Positions 1 to 10,504 of a DNA stretch of 64,000 nucleotides are shown piece by piece. The notes below the pieces were generated by a model, which was not told the origin of the DNA, ran no database searches, and saw only the letters and a program-made list of their open reading frames with translations. Source of the stretch: Candidatus Eiseniibacteriota bacterium (GTDB lineage: Bacteria > Eisenbacteria > RBG-16-71-46 > JABDJR01); the NCBI GenBank assembly GCA_963762255.1, contig CAVXKA010000002.1, positions 256,001 through 320,000 on the forward strand. The letters are read 5' to 3'. The stretch's first letter is position 1. Every line of letters starts with the position of its first letter. A program made the translations under genes and the position numbers.

Positions 1-1067
1 AGCGGCAGGAACTGGATCGCGTAGAGAAAGGTCTCGTCGCCGAAGAGCAGGTAAACGAGCCACTGCGCCAGCAGGGACCCGACCACCACGAGCATCGGGC
101 GGAGAGGCCAGTGGCGAAGACCACCCACCACGCCGACGAGCAGCACCCCTGTCCAGAGCACCGCGGCGGGCACACCCCACGCCGTTCCCGAACCGATCGG
201 CGCGGCCTGAACGCTCAACAGGAACTGGTTCGAGTCCGTGAGCGGAAGCCGCAGGAGCCTCGGCATGACCATGGCGTGAAAGAGCATGGCTCGCGAGACC
301 GGCCAAAGGCCGCCGAACACGTCGTGGGACAGGTACTGGGCTTCACCCATGGCGCCGAACACGAACAGCCCGGACGTCGGGAAGAGCCGGCGCTGCAAGA
401 GCGCCAGCCCCACGACGAGCACTCCGGCCAGGATCGTGACCGCCGCCGCGCGCCGCCGCCGGAGGCAGACGGCCGAAGCCAGAACGCCGGCGCTCCAGTT
501 CGTCACCGTCGCGCTCAGCGTGCCGGCGCTGGCCAGGACCCAGAGCGCGGCCGGCGTCCGCCGCCGTTCGTTCCATGCCGCCAGCGCCATCATGAGCAGG
601 ATGGTGAGGGACCCGAGGCCGTAAGTCTCCGGGATGGAGTACCAGAACAGCGACGAGGCGCTGACCATGCCGAGCAGGGTGTAGGGCAGCGCGACGCTCA
701 CGGGAAGGCGGATCAGGAGCAGAACCAGGAGGAGGACGGCGGACCAGGCTCCGGCGATGAGGGCGTGGTAGATCCGCGCCGCGACCAGGGGGTCGGTGCC
801 GGCGACGGCCCGGATCGCGGCGACCACCGGGTACGAAAGCAGGGAGTAGAGGGGATGGACCGAGTCGCGATAGTGGAAATGGCTGTGGGCGTCAGTATCC
901 ACCCCGACCACCCGCTCCGGGTCGGCGTCGAACCAGTAGTTGGAGTAGGCCGGGGTGTAGAGAGCGGTGGGAATCCTCCGCGAGAGCATGAGGGACCCGG
1001 TGATGCCCCCGCCGGCGACGATCAGGAGCAGGCCGACGAGCATCAACCGGTTCGTCCTCGGTCTCAT
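1..1067 (-). CDS. Multi-pass membrane protein, GT-C/DUF6080-like (partial, runs off window)
   Basis: Not in ORF track. ATG at 1067 after RBS GAGGAG; reads MRPRTNRLMLVGLLLIV...WFDADP...HPLYSLL...IPETYGLG with many hydrophobic segments and stays open to position 1. Confidence 0.7.
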   Translation of the reverse strand, partial: MRPRTNRLMLVGLLLIVAGGGITGSLMLSRRIPTALYTPAYSNYWFDADPERVVGVDTDAHSHFHYRDSVHPLYSLLSYPVVAAIRAVAGTDPLVAARIYHALIAGAWSAVLLLVLLLIRLPVSVALPYTLLGMVSASSLFWYSIPETYGLGSLTILLMMALAAWNERRRTPAALWVLASAGTLSATVTNWSAGVLASAVCLRRRRAAAVTILAGVLVVGLALLQRRLFPTSGLFVFGAMGEAQYLSHDVFGGLWPVSRAMLFHAMVMPRLLRLPLTDSNQFLLSVQAAPIGSGTAWGVPAAVLWTGVLLVGVVGGLRHWPLRPMLVVVGSLLAQWLVYLLFGDETFLYAIQFLP

Positions 1068-1146
1068 GGTCGCTCCTCTTCACGCTCGCGCCGCCGGCCG
1101 GACGGGGAACTCCCCGACCGCGCCGGGATTCTATGACCCTCGCCGC

Positions 1147-3483
1147 CTACCGGTAGATCAGGCGGACGGTCCGGGCCCCGGCGGGGATCTCCAGGCGTCC
1201 CCTGCCGTCGGCCGGCACCGGCGATCCGTCCACCGAGGCTTCCATCCGCATCCCGCGTGGAGGGCAAAGCAGGTAGCCTCCCGGAGGGTGCGCCGTCCCC
1301 CCCAGCTCCAGGGTCGCGCTTTCGTCGCGCGGTTCCAGGGCGACCGTCGCCGCTCCGAAATGGGTGGGCGCATCCGCCAGCCTCACTCCGTGCGGATCGT
1401 CGAACCAGGCCCGCGGAATCCCCGCGAACAGCACCAGCCGGTCGCCTTCCTCGTGAACCAGGCAATCCCGCATCAGGAGCCAGAACTCAGCAATTGACCA
1501 CCCGTGGGGCATCGCCACGCTCTCGTGTCCCTGCTTCCACCGGGTGCGCACGTGGTTCCAGCCCCCCGGGCCGCTGGACCCGCCCTCGTCGAGGACGTAC
1601 CATCCCCTCATCTCGTCCGTGTCCAGATACGCGTCGATCGTCCCCCCGCCCGCCTCGCGGTTTCCGGCCAGAAGACCCTGGTGTGCGGTAGCCAAGACGA
1701 AGTAGTGCCATCCTCCCGGCTTCCCGGCGGCGATCCCCCGGAATCGCTTGAGGACGGGGCCTCGGTCCGGGGGGAACAGGCCGCAGGGCCACAGCACGCA
1801 GTACTTCCCGTATCCGGCCTCCGGGTGCTTCCGGTGCTTCGCGGCGTAGACCTCGGTCAGGGAGTCCGCCAGCCCCCCGAACGTGCGGGCATCGGCCGGG
1901 GCTCCCGCCGCCTGGGCCAGCCCGGCCGCCGCCCGCAGCCCCGCCGCGTCGAAAGCCTCCGTGTACTCGGGATGCTTGCCGTCGCACCGGCCGGGAACCA
2001 GGAGGTTCCGCCGGCCGGGATCCAAGTCCGGGCCGAAGTCCAGGCCCTCGCGTGAGACCCAGTGCGGGGTCGGGGTGGTGCGCAGGTAGCGGATCATCCG
2101 ACCGAGCCGCTCCGCCCGTGGGTACGCCTCCCGCAGCCACAGGGTGTCGCCGGTGAGCTTCCAGTATTCCCCCATGAGCCAGAGGATCTCACCGGGGCTG
2201 TCGGCCTCGGGTTCTATCCGGCCGCTGAAGGGATGCTCCCAGAAGTAGCGGAGGGTAGTGCGGGCAAGATCGGCGCGACCCGCCTTCAGAAGCGCGTCGG
2301 CCATGAAGACGCCGTCCCGGGTGAAGACGTTGTAGTTGGTGACCGCGACGTCGAGGGCACCCTCGTTCATGCACAGGGCGAGGTGGGCGATCGCGGCCCG
2401 GAACGCCTCGGACCAGCGCGGGTCGGGCGCCTCGAGCGAAGCGGTGCCCGACGCCCGCGACCAGACCGTATCCGCCGCCGCGAGGAGGGAGTCGACCGGG
2501 AGCCGCCGAAGGCAGGCGAGGGACGGATCCGCCTGGAGCTCGCCGGCCGAGCCCTGCATGGGAACGGCGAGGTCTTTCTGCGCCCACGGGTCCACTCCAT
2601 CCCAACGGTGTGGAACGGCCGGGCGGCCGGGCAGAACCGGCAGCACGAACCCACGCTCGATCGTCTTTCCGGGGAGGGTGTCCATGTCGAAACGCAGGGC
2701 TCCGCTTGCCGAGCCCGCCGCGGACGCGGCGGAGGTGTCGGCGGGAAAACGGCCCTCCAGGAGCAGGCGGGCGACGTCCGACTCGGTCACTCCCGCGGCG
2801 CTGGCCGTGGTGTCCGAGACCACCGCGGCATGCCCGTCCACGAGCAGGGCGTCGCCTCTCGCGTCGGTTTCGATCGAACGAACCGGTCCTCCGGCCGGTC
2901 CCAGCGGGCGGAGAGCCACGACCAGAGACACCGTCCCCGGCGATCCGGTCGTGTTCGTCACCAGGCACCGGACGGCCACGACTTGCAGGGGACCGGCCGC
3001 GGTGAGCGTCTCAACCTGTCCAAGCCGGATCCTGAGGCGGGTGCCGCCCGCCTCCCATTCGATCCAGGGAACCAGGAGCCCCTCATCCAGCCCCCGGCTC
3101 GCGGAGATGCCGTTCATGGTGGCTCCGGTTACCCGTCCGCCGGCACCGTCCAGGAGCCAGAAGTACACCCCGTAGGTTCCGAAGCCAGGGGAAACGCTTC
3201 CTTCGGCTTCCACGAAGGACTTGAGAGCGTCGAGCGAGTCGGGGAGGCCGAGGGGAACGTGGATCCGGCCGAGGGGATCGAGAGGCGTCCAGCCGAGGGT
3301 ATCCGCCCCACCCGCGACCGGGCCCGCTTCCCGGGGCGCGCCGGCGTCGGGGCCGGGCTCGCGGTGCCGGCTGCCGCAGCCCGGGCAAGCCAGGAGCAGG
3401 AGACCGGACAGGAGCAGGAGACCGGACGGAAGCAGGGGTCTTTCGACCGGGGCGGAATACCGGCGCCGGCAAACCCGACTCAT
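1147..3483 (-). CDS. Secreted/lipoprotein glycoside-hydrolase-like protein (six-hairpin alpha/alpha-barrel type)
   Basis: 778-aa ORF; hydrophobic signal ending ACPGC; YNVFTRDG, EYWKLTGD and MPHGWSIAE motifs resemble six-hairpin glycosidases; start uncertain. Confidence 0.6.
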   Translation of the reverse strand: MSRVCRRRYSAPVERPLLPSGLLLLSGLLLLACPGCGSRHREPGPDAGAPREAGPVAGGADTLGWTPLDPLGRIHVPLGLPDSLDALKSFVEAEGSVSPGFGTYGVYFWLLDGAGGRVTGATMNGISASRGLDEGLLVPWIEWEAGGTRLRIRLGQVETLTAAGPLQVVAVRCLVTNTTGSPGTVSLVVALRPLGPAGGPVRSIETDARGDALLVDGHAAVVSDTTASAAGVTESDVARLLLEGRFPADTSAASAAGSASGALRFDMDTLPGKTIERGFVLPVLPGRPAVPHRWDGVDPWAQKDLAVPMQGSAGELQADPSLACLRRLPVDSLLAAADTVWSRASGTASLEAPDPRWSEAFRAAIAHLALCMNEGALDVAVTNYNVFTRDGVFMADALLKAGRADLARTTLRYFWEHPFSGRIEPEADSPGEILWLMGEYWKLTGDTLWLREAYPRAERLGRMIRYLRTTPTPHWVSREGLDFGPDLDPGRRNLLVPGRCDGKHPEYTEAFDAAGLRAAAGLAQAAGAPADARTFGGLADSLTEVYAAKHRKHPEAGYGKYCVLWPCGLFPPDRGPVLKRFRGIAAGKPGGWHYFVLATAHQGLLAGNREAGGGTIDAYLDTDEMRGWYVLDEGGSSGPGGWNHVRTRWKQGHESVAMPHGWSIAEFWLLMRDCLVHEEGDRLVLFAGIPRAWFDDPHGVRLADAPTHFGAATVALEPRDESATLELGGTAHPPGGYLLCPPRGMRMEASVDGSPVPADGRGRLEIPAGARTVRLIYR
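3391..3426. repeat. Exact 18-bp tandem duplication in the signal-peptide region (SGLLLL x2)
   Basis: caggagcaggagaccgga twice in tandem. Confidence 0.9.
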
Positions 3484-3881
3484 GCGCCGGCGAAACGGGC
3501 CGTCGTCCTGCCGGGGTCGTGGATCCCCTCCGCCGACGGGAGTCGGGAACGGCGACGGTCGGATCCCGGCGGCGCGGCCGTCCTCCGAGTGCAGCTCAAG
3601 CGGGGTCTCCTCCTGATTTCAGGGACGAGTGTAATCGCCGGTCCAAAAGTGCGGTGGGTGGCGGTCGAAAAGTCCGGCACCCGGGACAGTGATAAGCCCC
3701 TCGATGGAGGGGCGTCAACGAGTTTCTCCTAGTTGGTCTTCTCCGGGGTGATCCGGGGTCGCTTCTGACGGGTCTTGGCTTGTCCCAGGCGGAAGAAGTC
3801 CCTCAAGCGCACCTGCCTCTACGTCCTCAAGAGCGCCTCCACGCTGCGCTACGAGATCTTCGGGGGGGGCGGCATCGTCCG

Positions 3882-4985
3882 CTACCCGCTGGCCGCGCCA
3901 CCCTCGGCCACGATGGCCATCAGCCGCGCCCCCATGCGCCCGGCTTTGCCCTCGGCCTTGATGTGATCGCCTGCCATCGGCGTGCCCGACATCAAGCACT
4001 TGAAGTTCGCTCCGCGCGCCAGCTTGGTCCCGTTCTTCGCTCCCTCCGCATCCCTCGGCTTCCCCACCTTCACCGTGAACCGATAGCCGCCGTCTTCGAT
4101 CACCGGCTCGACATACGCCTCCTAGCCCTCCTTCGTGGAGAGCATGAACGTGGATGCACGCGGCACGTCCACCTGTGAAAACGCCGGGTTGGGGCTCTTC
4201 ACCGTGCGCGCCCAGAGCCAAGCGATCACGGTGAGCGACTTGCCGACGTACGGCTTCAGGTCCGGCCGCTCCTTCGCCATCTCGGCCGTGACCTCAATCT
4301 TGGGATAGAGGTGCCCGATGCGCTTCTCCGCCTCGTCGCGCATCCGCTTGCCGTAGTAGCGCACATCCTCGGCAAGCCCTTGCGCACCCTTCCACGACCC
4401 CGAGTGACCCGTGCTCTCGCGCGACTCGGGATTCACCGGCGGCTTCCCCGCGAACTTGGGCGGGATCTCGATCATCGCCTTGTTGATGAGCACCGCCACC
4501 GGATTCAAGTCGCTGGCGTAGGCCTCGAGCCCCAACCGCTGCGCCTCCAGCGGCAGTGCGCCGCCGCCCGCGAAGGGATCGTGGAAGGCGGGGAGCTTGT
4601 GGCGGTCGAACAGTTCCTTTGCCCGCGGATGGTCGGCGTTCTCGGCGCAGGTGTAGCGCCAGCTCTGCCAGATCTCGTCGCGGGCCGCCTGGAGCACCTT
4701 TTCGTTGGTGGTGTTCTCCCACAGGACGAGGTCTTCGATGATGCGGAAGAGCCGCTGGCGCTCCTTCTCCTGTTTCTTCTCGGTCGGGAACAGGTCCGGA
4801 TGCGCCGACGGATCGTCCACCATCTGCGCGAAGATCACCGCCCGCGCCGCCGCCAAGGGACGGCGCGCCCACCACAGGTGGAGCGTGCTCGGGTGCCCGT
4901 GGCGGATCGACTTCTCCCGCGCGGACGCCTTGTTGATGGCATCGAGCGGGAGGGCGACTTCGATGAGTTTCTTGGCGGTCTTCAT
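3882..4985 (-). pseudogene. DUF1156-family adenine DNA methyltransferase, nonsense-interrupted and truncated
   Basis: [14 protein letters not shown]...[18 protein letters not shown]...DPFAGGG; in-frame TAG at 4122-4124; same frame continues ([15 protein letters not shown]...[10 protein letters not shown]) then ends near 3882, far short of family length. Confidence 0.85.
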
Positions 4986-5004
4986 TGGGCGGACGGACCT
5001 TCAT

Positions 5005-5310
5005 TCACCCCAAAACGCACGCAATGGAAATCTTTGAACGACAAGCACTTACTACCTGGATTGCGTCGGAATTGCGTTTTGAGCCCGCTAAGAACCAGCG
5101 GGCGGCCTTGGTGGTCCCCATGATCTCGATCCGCTCAGTTCGCTTCAACTCACGGAGCAGAGTCTGCACCTGATCACGGCTGAGGCTGGGAAGAACCTGC
5201 TGCAGCTCACCCAGCGTGGTTCCGGTCGCAGCCAAATCCTCGATGTGCCGCAGCAGGAGTGACTTGTTCGTCTCGCGGTCGAGTGCGCCTTCGGGGCTGT
5301 CCAGAATCAC
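5005..5310 (-). pseudogene. C-terminal winged-helix fragment of an ATP-binding/regulator protein
   Basis: LDRETNKSLLLRHI...ELQQVLPSLSRDQVQTLLRELK...GTTKAARW resembles the C-terminal HTH of AlbA/RecG-like regulators; N-terminal domains missing. Confidence 0.55.
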
Positions 5311-5329
5311 TTGGACTCTTCAGCGGTTG

Positions 5330-5413
5330 TCATCGTGACGCCTCCGACCGCGCAGAGGCCTTGCTGATGGCATCCAGCGGCAGGGCGACTTCGATGAGCT
5401 TCTTCGGAGTCAT
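5330..5413 (-). pseudogene. Second 27-codon N-terminal remnant of a DUF1156 gene
   Basis: RBS AAGGA then [27 protein letters not shown], nearly identical to the start at 4985. Confidence 0.8.
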
Positions 5414-5496
5414 AGTCCTTCCCTGCCACTCGCGTCGTCCGTCACTTCGAAGGCGGCACTTGCGGGCGAAGCCACTGATGAACGGACTTGAAGAGG

Positions 5497-5573
5497 TGGT
5501 GGCCCCGGGGTGACTCGAACACCCGGCACGCGGTTTAGGAAACCGCTGCTCTATCCACCTGAGCTACGGGGCC
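5497..5573 (-). tRNA. tRNA-Arg(CCT)
   Basis: GGCCCCGTAGCTCAGGTGGATAGAGCAGCGGTTTCCTAAACCGC...GTTCGAGTCACCCCGGGGCCACCA; cloverleaf with encoded CCA. Confidence 0.95.
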
Positions 5574-5611
5574 ACGGGCCAAGCGACTATAGCCGCTCCG
5601 CCCGGCCCCCG

Positions 5612-6853
5612 CTACGCCGGCACGTTGCGCACGTAGGTCTTGCGCAGGCCGACCCCGTCGATACGGGCAACGCCGATCTCGCGGCCGCCCGCACCCCGCG
5701 CCGGCGCGTACACCTCCTCCATCCGCAGGAACCAGGTCGCCTTGCGGCGGTTCAGCTCGATCCGCTGCTCGACGTTGAGCTTCTCCCCGACCAACGCGTT
5801 GACCGCGTCCTCGGGCACGAGAAGATCGTTCAGGATCGCCTCGAGACCCGGGCTCACTTGCCCGCCCACGACGGCCGAGAAATTCTCCGCCCGCAGGACG
5901 TAGCCCGTATCCTTCTTGATCACGAAGCCCTGGACGGAGAACCCGCCGAGCGCCCGAATCTCCTTCTCTTGCTCCGGTCTCACCCCGCTCGCGTCCTTGT
6001 ACATCCCCTCCCCACCTTCCTGCGAGATCTGCGGCTCCGCCGCGAGCACGAGGGGTACGATCGTCACATCGAGATCCTTGTTGGGCGTGGGGAGGTTCCC
6101 CCGTTCCATGGCGTCGATGCGGTACGTGGTCCCGTCATGCCGACCTGCGTCGAACATGAGCACCACCGGCTGCGCGCCCTTGTCCCCCTTCACCATCTCC
6201 TCGATCGATCGCTCCCGCAGTCCGGGAATTCGGATGTAGTAGGTCTCGACGATGGCGCTCTTCCCTAGCCAGAAGGGCCAACTCGTGACCTCCACCGAGG
6301 CATAGCGCGAGTCGTCGGGGTTGATGAGCCCGGCGAGCGCGTTGCCTCCGCTCGCGGGGCGCGCGGCCAGGGCGAGAACGTCTCCGAGCGAGGTCTTGCG
6401 GTCGTAGCTCTTGGACGCGTGGTCGCGAACCACCGCGCCGATCCCGACCACGACGGCGAGAATCCCCAAGAACAGGAACGGCAGATACAGCTTCTGCTTC
6501 GCGGTCGGCCCGAGGGTGTGCTCGTGAAGAACCTCCATGGTGCTCGCCGGGGGGAGGACGGATCCCTTCCCCGCGCTCACCGGAGGATGCTTGGGATGAA
6601 GCTCCTCGAGGCTCGCCACCTCGACCAGCCGCATATGCCGCTCTGCGGCCTTGCTCTTGATCGCCGCAAGCGCCTCGGCGCCGTATGGCCCGGAGCGGAT
6701 GATCGTGCTCATCATGTTGAGCGGCTCGTACGCGCCGAGCCCGAGATCCCGGGCGAGCTTCTTCGCCTCATCCTCTCCGTGCGTCAGCCCGGAGACCTCG
6801 ACCATGCCCTTGGCATCCACTCGCAATTCAAGCGTCGCAACGTGGGTCGTCAT
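5612..6853 (-). CDS. Hypothetical single-pass membrane protein
   Basis: 413-aa ORF, RBS GAGGG, one central TM segment (LYLPFLFLGILAVVVGIGAVV). Confidence 0.7.
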   Translation of the reverse strand: MTTHVATLELRVDAKGMVEVSGLTHGEDEAKKLARDLGLGAYEPLNMMSTIIRSGPYGAEALAAIKSKAAERHMRLVEVASLEELHPKHPPVSAGKGSVLPPASTMEVLHEHTLGPTAKQKLYLPFLFLGILAVVVGIGAVVRDHASKSYDRKTSLGDVLALAARPASGGNALAGLINPDDSRYASVEVTSWPFWLGKSAIVETYYIRIPGLRERSIEEMVKGDKGAQPVVLMFDAGRHDGTTYRIDAMERGNLPTPNKDLDVTIVPLVLAAEPQISQEGGEGMYKDASGVRPEQEKEIRALGGFSVQGFVIKKDTGYVLRAENFSAVVGGQVSPGLEAILNDLLVPEDAVNALVGEKLNVEQRIELNRRKATWFLRMEEVYAPARGAGGREIGVARIDGVGLRKTYVRNVPA

Positions 6854-6941
6854 GATCCCTCACCTGCCCCTTTCACTCGGAATGGAGGAGCCCGCGAGCC
6901 CGATCGTGCGATGGGGCCCGCGCCTGACAGATTTCCAGTCT

Positions 6942-8822
6942 TTACGTTGAGTCCATCCAGCGCCTGTACCAAATCTGAAACGCCAACAGGCACCAGACCT
7001 GCCGCCGCGCGGAAATCTCCCCGGTATCGAGCCGCTTGAGCAGCCCGGACACGGTGCGCGGATCGAACAAGCCATGGTGCCTCAACTCGGATGGGTCGAG
7101 ATGTTCGGCGACCATCGGCCGCAGATCACCCGCGAGCCAGCGTTTGAGCGGCACCGCGAACCCGCGTTTCGGCCGATCGACCAATTCGCGCGGGACATGC
7201 CGGAAGAGGATCTTCTTGAGTAGGTGCTTGGGGCCCAACTCCGCGACGTGCATGCTCGGCGGCAACGAGAACGCGAACTCCGCGATGCGATGATCCAGCA
7301 GCGGCTCGCGTCCCTCGATGCTCGTCGCCATCGTCGCACGGTCGACCTTGGCCAGGACATCGCCCGGCAAGTAGTTCACCAGATCCCAACGGCGCATGAT
7401 CTCCAGAGCCGACCCGGGGTATACGTCCGCCAGCGCACGGGTCGGGTCGCCGCAACCGGTCAACGCACGCAGCTCGATATCGTCGAAATGGGCCCGGGCA
7501 CGGTCGAACAGCACTCCGAGGGTCGGGGCGTCCCCGAGTCGCCCCATGCGACCGACGCGATTGATCCATGGCGAGGTCGTGCGACCCGAGATGCCGCTTC
7601 CGCGGATACCGCGGGCCACGAGGGCGCGCACAAAGTGCGGAAGTCGCTGCGCCCGACCCCACTGGTCCAGCATCGTCCCGTAGATGTTGTAGCCCGCGAA
7701 CAGCTCGTCCCCCCCGTCCGCGGAAAGGACCACCTTGACGTGCTCGGCGGCCACTTGGGACACCATCAGGGTGGGGATGCCTGACTCGTCGGCGAACGGT
7801 TCATCGTAGAGATCGCCCCAGCGCGGCAAGACGAGCTTCGCGTCGTCGATCTTGAGGATGCGCGTGTGGTGTTCGGTACCGAGATGCCGGGCGACCTCGG
7901 CGGCGTAGGGCGACTCGTCGTATTCAGGAACGTCGAAGCCGATCGTATACGTCTTGATGCGCTGGCCGCCGTGGCGTTGGAGCAGTGCCGCCAGGAGCGA
8001 CGAATCCACACCCCCCGACAGGTACACCCCCACAGAGACGTCGGAGATCATGCGCAGCCTGAACGCATCGATGAGCAACGACTCGAGTTCCTCCTCGACG
8101 GCCGCCTCCGACATTCCGGCGCGGCGTCCGACGTGGTCGGACACGTTCCAGTAGGGCGCCACGGCGAGTTCGCCGCGCGCGTCGAGCTTCAGCGCATGAC
8201 CAGGAGGCAGCTTGAAGGTGTTGCGGTAGATCGCGCGCGGCGCGTTGATGTACCCATAGCGCAGATAGTCCGTGAGGGCTTCGCGATCGACCTCGGGTTT
8301 CTCGTCGGCGAAGGCGCGCAGCGCCCGAAGCTCCGACCCGAAGAGCATTGTCAGGCCGTCCCAGCGGTAGTAGAGCGGCTTGACCCCGAGCCGGTCGCGC
8401 AGAAGATGCAGCTCCTTGCTCGGCTTGTGCCACAGCGCGATGGCGAACATCCCGATGAAGCGAGTTACCGCGGCCGGACCCCATTCCGCGAAGGCCTCGA
8501 GAATCACTTCCGAGTCGCCGGTGCCTGTGAACCGATGCCCGAGCGATTCGAGATCCGCTCGGATCCGCTGGAAGTTGTAGACCTCGCCGTTGTACACCAT
8601 GACCCACCGGCCGCAGGCCGAGGTCATGGGTTGATGGCCGTGGTCGCTCAAGTCGATGATGGAGAGGCGCCGGTGTCCCAGGCCGACGCGGTCGATCTCG
8701 TCGGTCCATAGCCCTTCGTCGTCCGGACCGCGATGACGCAGTGCGGCCGTCGCCGCGCGGAGCTGCTCGATGGAGAACCGGGCAGGGCCGCGAACCGTCA
8801 GATGACCGACTATTCCGCACAC
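6942..8822 (-). CDS. asnB: Asparagine synthase (glutamine-hydrolysing), glycan-locus amidotransferase type
   Basis: GTG start giving MCGIVG after GGAGGAG; HRGPD, GHRRLSIID, YLSGGVDS, LSADGGDELF motifs. Confidence 0.92.
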   Translation of the reverse strand: MCGIVGHLTVRGPARFSIEQLRAATAALRHRGPDDEGLWTDEIDRVGLGHRRLSIIDLSDHGHQPMTSACGRWVMVYNGEVYNFQRIRADLESLGHRFTGTGDSEVILEAFAEWGPAAVTRFIGMFAIALWHKPSKELHLLRDRLGVKPLYYRWDGLTMLFGSELRALRAFADEKPEVDREALTDYLRYGYINAPRAIYRNTFKLPPGHALKLDARGELAVAPYWNVSDHVGRRAGMSEAAVEEELESLLIDAFRLRMISDVSVGVYLSGGVDSSLLAALLQRHGGQRIKTYTIGFDVPEYDESPYAAEVARHLGTEHHTRILKIDDAKLVLPRWGDLYDEPFADESGIPTLMVSQVAAEHVKVVLSADGGDELFAGYNIYGTMLDQWGRAQRLPHFVRALVARGIRGSGISGRTTSPWINRVGRMGRLGDAPTLGVLFDRARAHFDDIELRALTGCGDPTRALADVYPGSALEIMRRWDLVNYLPGDVLAKVDRATMATSIEGREPLLDHRIAEFAFSLPPSMHVAELGPKHLLKKILFRHVPRELVDRPKRGFAVPLKRWLAGDLRPMVAEHLDPSELRHHGLFDPRTVSGLLKRLDTGEISARRQVWCLLAFQIWYRRWMDST

Positions 8823-9027
8823 GGCGGTGGTCTCCTCCATCCCCGGCCGGGTATCGGACAACGGGCGGGCCGGACGCGCGGAGAAGTGTACCCACTGCGT
8901 CCCGCTTCCCGGTATGGAATCCGACCGCAGACCGGCCGGGCGCCCCGCCGCCGGTGCTTGACATGCGCCACAAACTTACTGAATATGAACGACTTACCGG
9001 ACAATCCTCTCACCCCGGCGAGGCGCC

Positions 9028-10504
9028 TTGAGCCACCAGCACAGCTCGCAGTTCCTCCGCGGACTGCTCACCCTCACCTTGAGCCGCTACCTCGTCCGGG
9101 CCCTGGGTTTGCTGAAGGGGCTCTTGGTGGCGCGCCTCCTGGGCCCCGAACTCTACGGGCTTTTCGGCCTGCTCTCCGTGTTCTTCGGTTACAGCGGGTA
9201 TGCCGATCTCGGCCTCTTTGGGGGGCTCACCAAGACCCTCCCCGTGCACCTCGCCCGCGGCGAACACGATTCCATGCTCAAGACAGAGCGCGTGGGGTTC
9301 GGTGGCGTCACCGCCTTCACCACGCTCTTTGCAGCGGCCATGTTCCTGCTGCTCTGGTGGAGAGGCACCGCCCCCGTCGCTACGCTTCTCGCCCTGAGCC
9401 TCGGCATGGTGGCCCAGCAATTCTTCAAGCAGATCACGGTCCTCCTGCGCGCGCGGAACCGCATCGGCGAGGCGGCCTTCGCGTTCAGTCTGCTCCAGTT
9501 CTTCGACATCCTCCTCGTGCTCGCGCTGGTGGTTCCGCTCCGGCTCACAGGGGTCTTCCTGGGCCAGGCGCTGGCCTTCCTCGCTGCGACGGTCGTCCTG
9601 GTCCGGCGCAGCCGCTTCAGCCTGCGCATGAGCTGGGACTCGCGGCTGGTGGCGCGGCTCGTGGGTTCGGGGTTTCCTCTCGTCGTCTCGACGCTGACGT
9701 TCCTGATGCTGCAGACGGTGGACCGGTTCCTCATCGCCGGGCAATTGGACAAGATTGCCCTCGGGCACTATATGATCGGCGTGTTCTGCGCATCCACGGT
9801 GTACTACATCCCCCAGAGTCTCGAGTACGTGCTCTTCCCGAGTTTCCGCGAGAAGCTCGCGGGCCTCGCACCCGGTGCGCTTCCTCCACCGCGCTACATC
9901 GAGTTTCCCACGCGGATGCTCTCCTATGTGCTTCCCCCCTTCACCGCCGCGATCTTCCTCGGCATCCCGCTGATCGGGGCGCTGCTCCCCGACTACATTC
10001 CGGGGCTCGGAGAGCGCGCGTATCCTGGTCATGGGAACGTTCTTTCTCTCGCTGGTGACGAGCGCCACCACCTTCCTCATCGCCGCAGATCGGCACTGGA
10101 CGCTCATGGGGGTGCAGGCCGGAGCGGTGCTCGTCGACCTCGGTCTCGTTTGGACCTCGCTTCATGCCGGCTACGGAATCGAGGGGGTCGCGACGGCCAC
10201 CGCGACGAGCTACTTCGTCTACGCCACTGCGGCCCTCGTCCTCGCCTACCGTTACCTACGCTTCGACCCGGGGAGTATCCCGCGACGGCTGGCCGCGCTC
10301 TACCTCCCCTTCGCCTACACGCTCGTGGTGGCGCTCGCGGTGAACTGGTGGGCGATCCTCGATGTCGGGAGCGTGATCGGAACCGTGGCCTTGCGCGAGG
10401 TCGTGTTCCTGATCGGGCTCGTGCCGGGTCTCTGGTTGTTGCAGCGCACGACCGGCGCGGTGAGCGAGATGGTCTCGATGCTGCGCGGAGCAAGGCGATC
10501 GTGA
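9028..10504 (+). pseudogene. Oligosaccharide flippase (Wzx/MATE-like) with +1 frameshift near 10010
   Basis: ARLLGPELYG and VDRFLIAG motifs. Hydrophobic frame breaks at CTCGGAGAG and resumes in the 10031..10504 frame (ILVMGTFFLSLV); span 1477 = 3n+1. May be a sequencing error. Confidence 0.75.

Noticed and set aside
111-1136. 341-aa plus-strand ORF
   Set aside because: Antisense to the real minus-strand membrane protein starting at 1067
3734-3751. Possible att copy of the tRNA-Arg 3' end (tggtcttctccggggtga vs tggtggccccggggtga)
   Set aside because: Only a 9-bp GC-rich exact match plus 4 bp; not distinguishable from chance
4122-4124. TAG read-through or recoding in the DUF1156 gene
   Set aside because: The gene is also truncated downstream and TAG ends normal genes in this window, so a nonsense mutation is simpler
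8958-8990. TTGACA promoter upstream of the flippase
   Set aside because: No convincing -10 hexamer at 16-18 bp spacing
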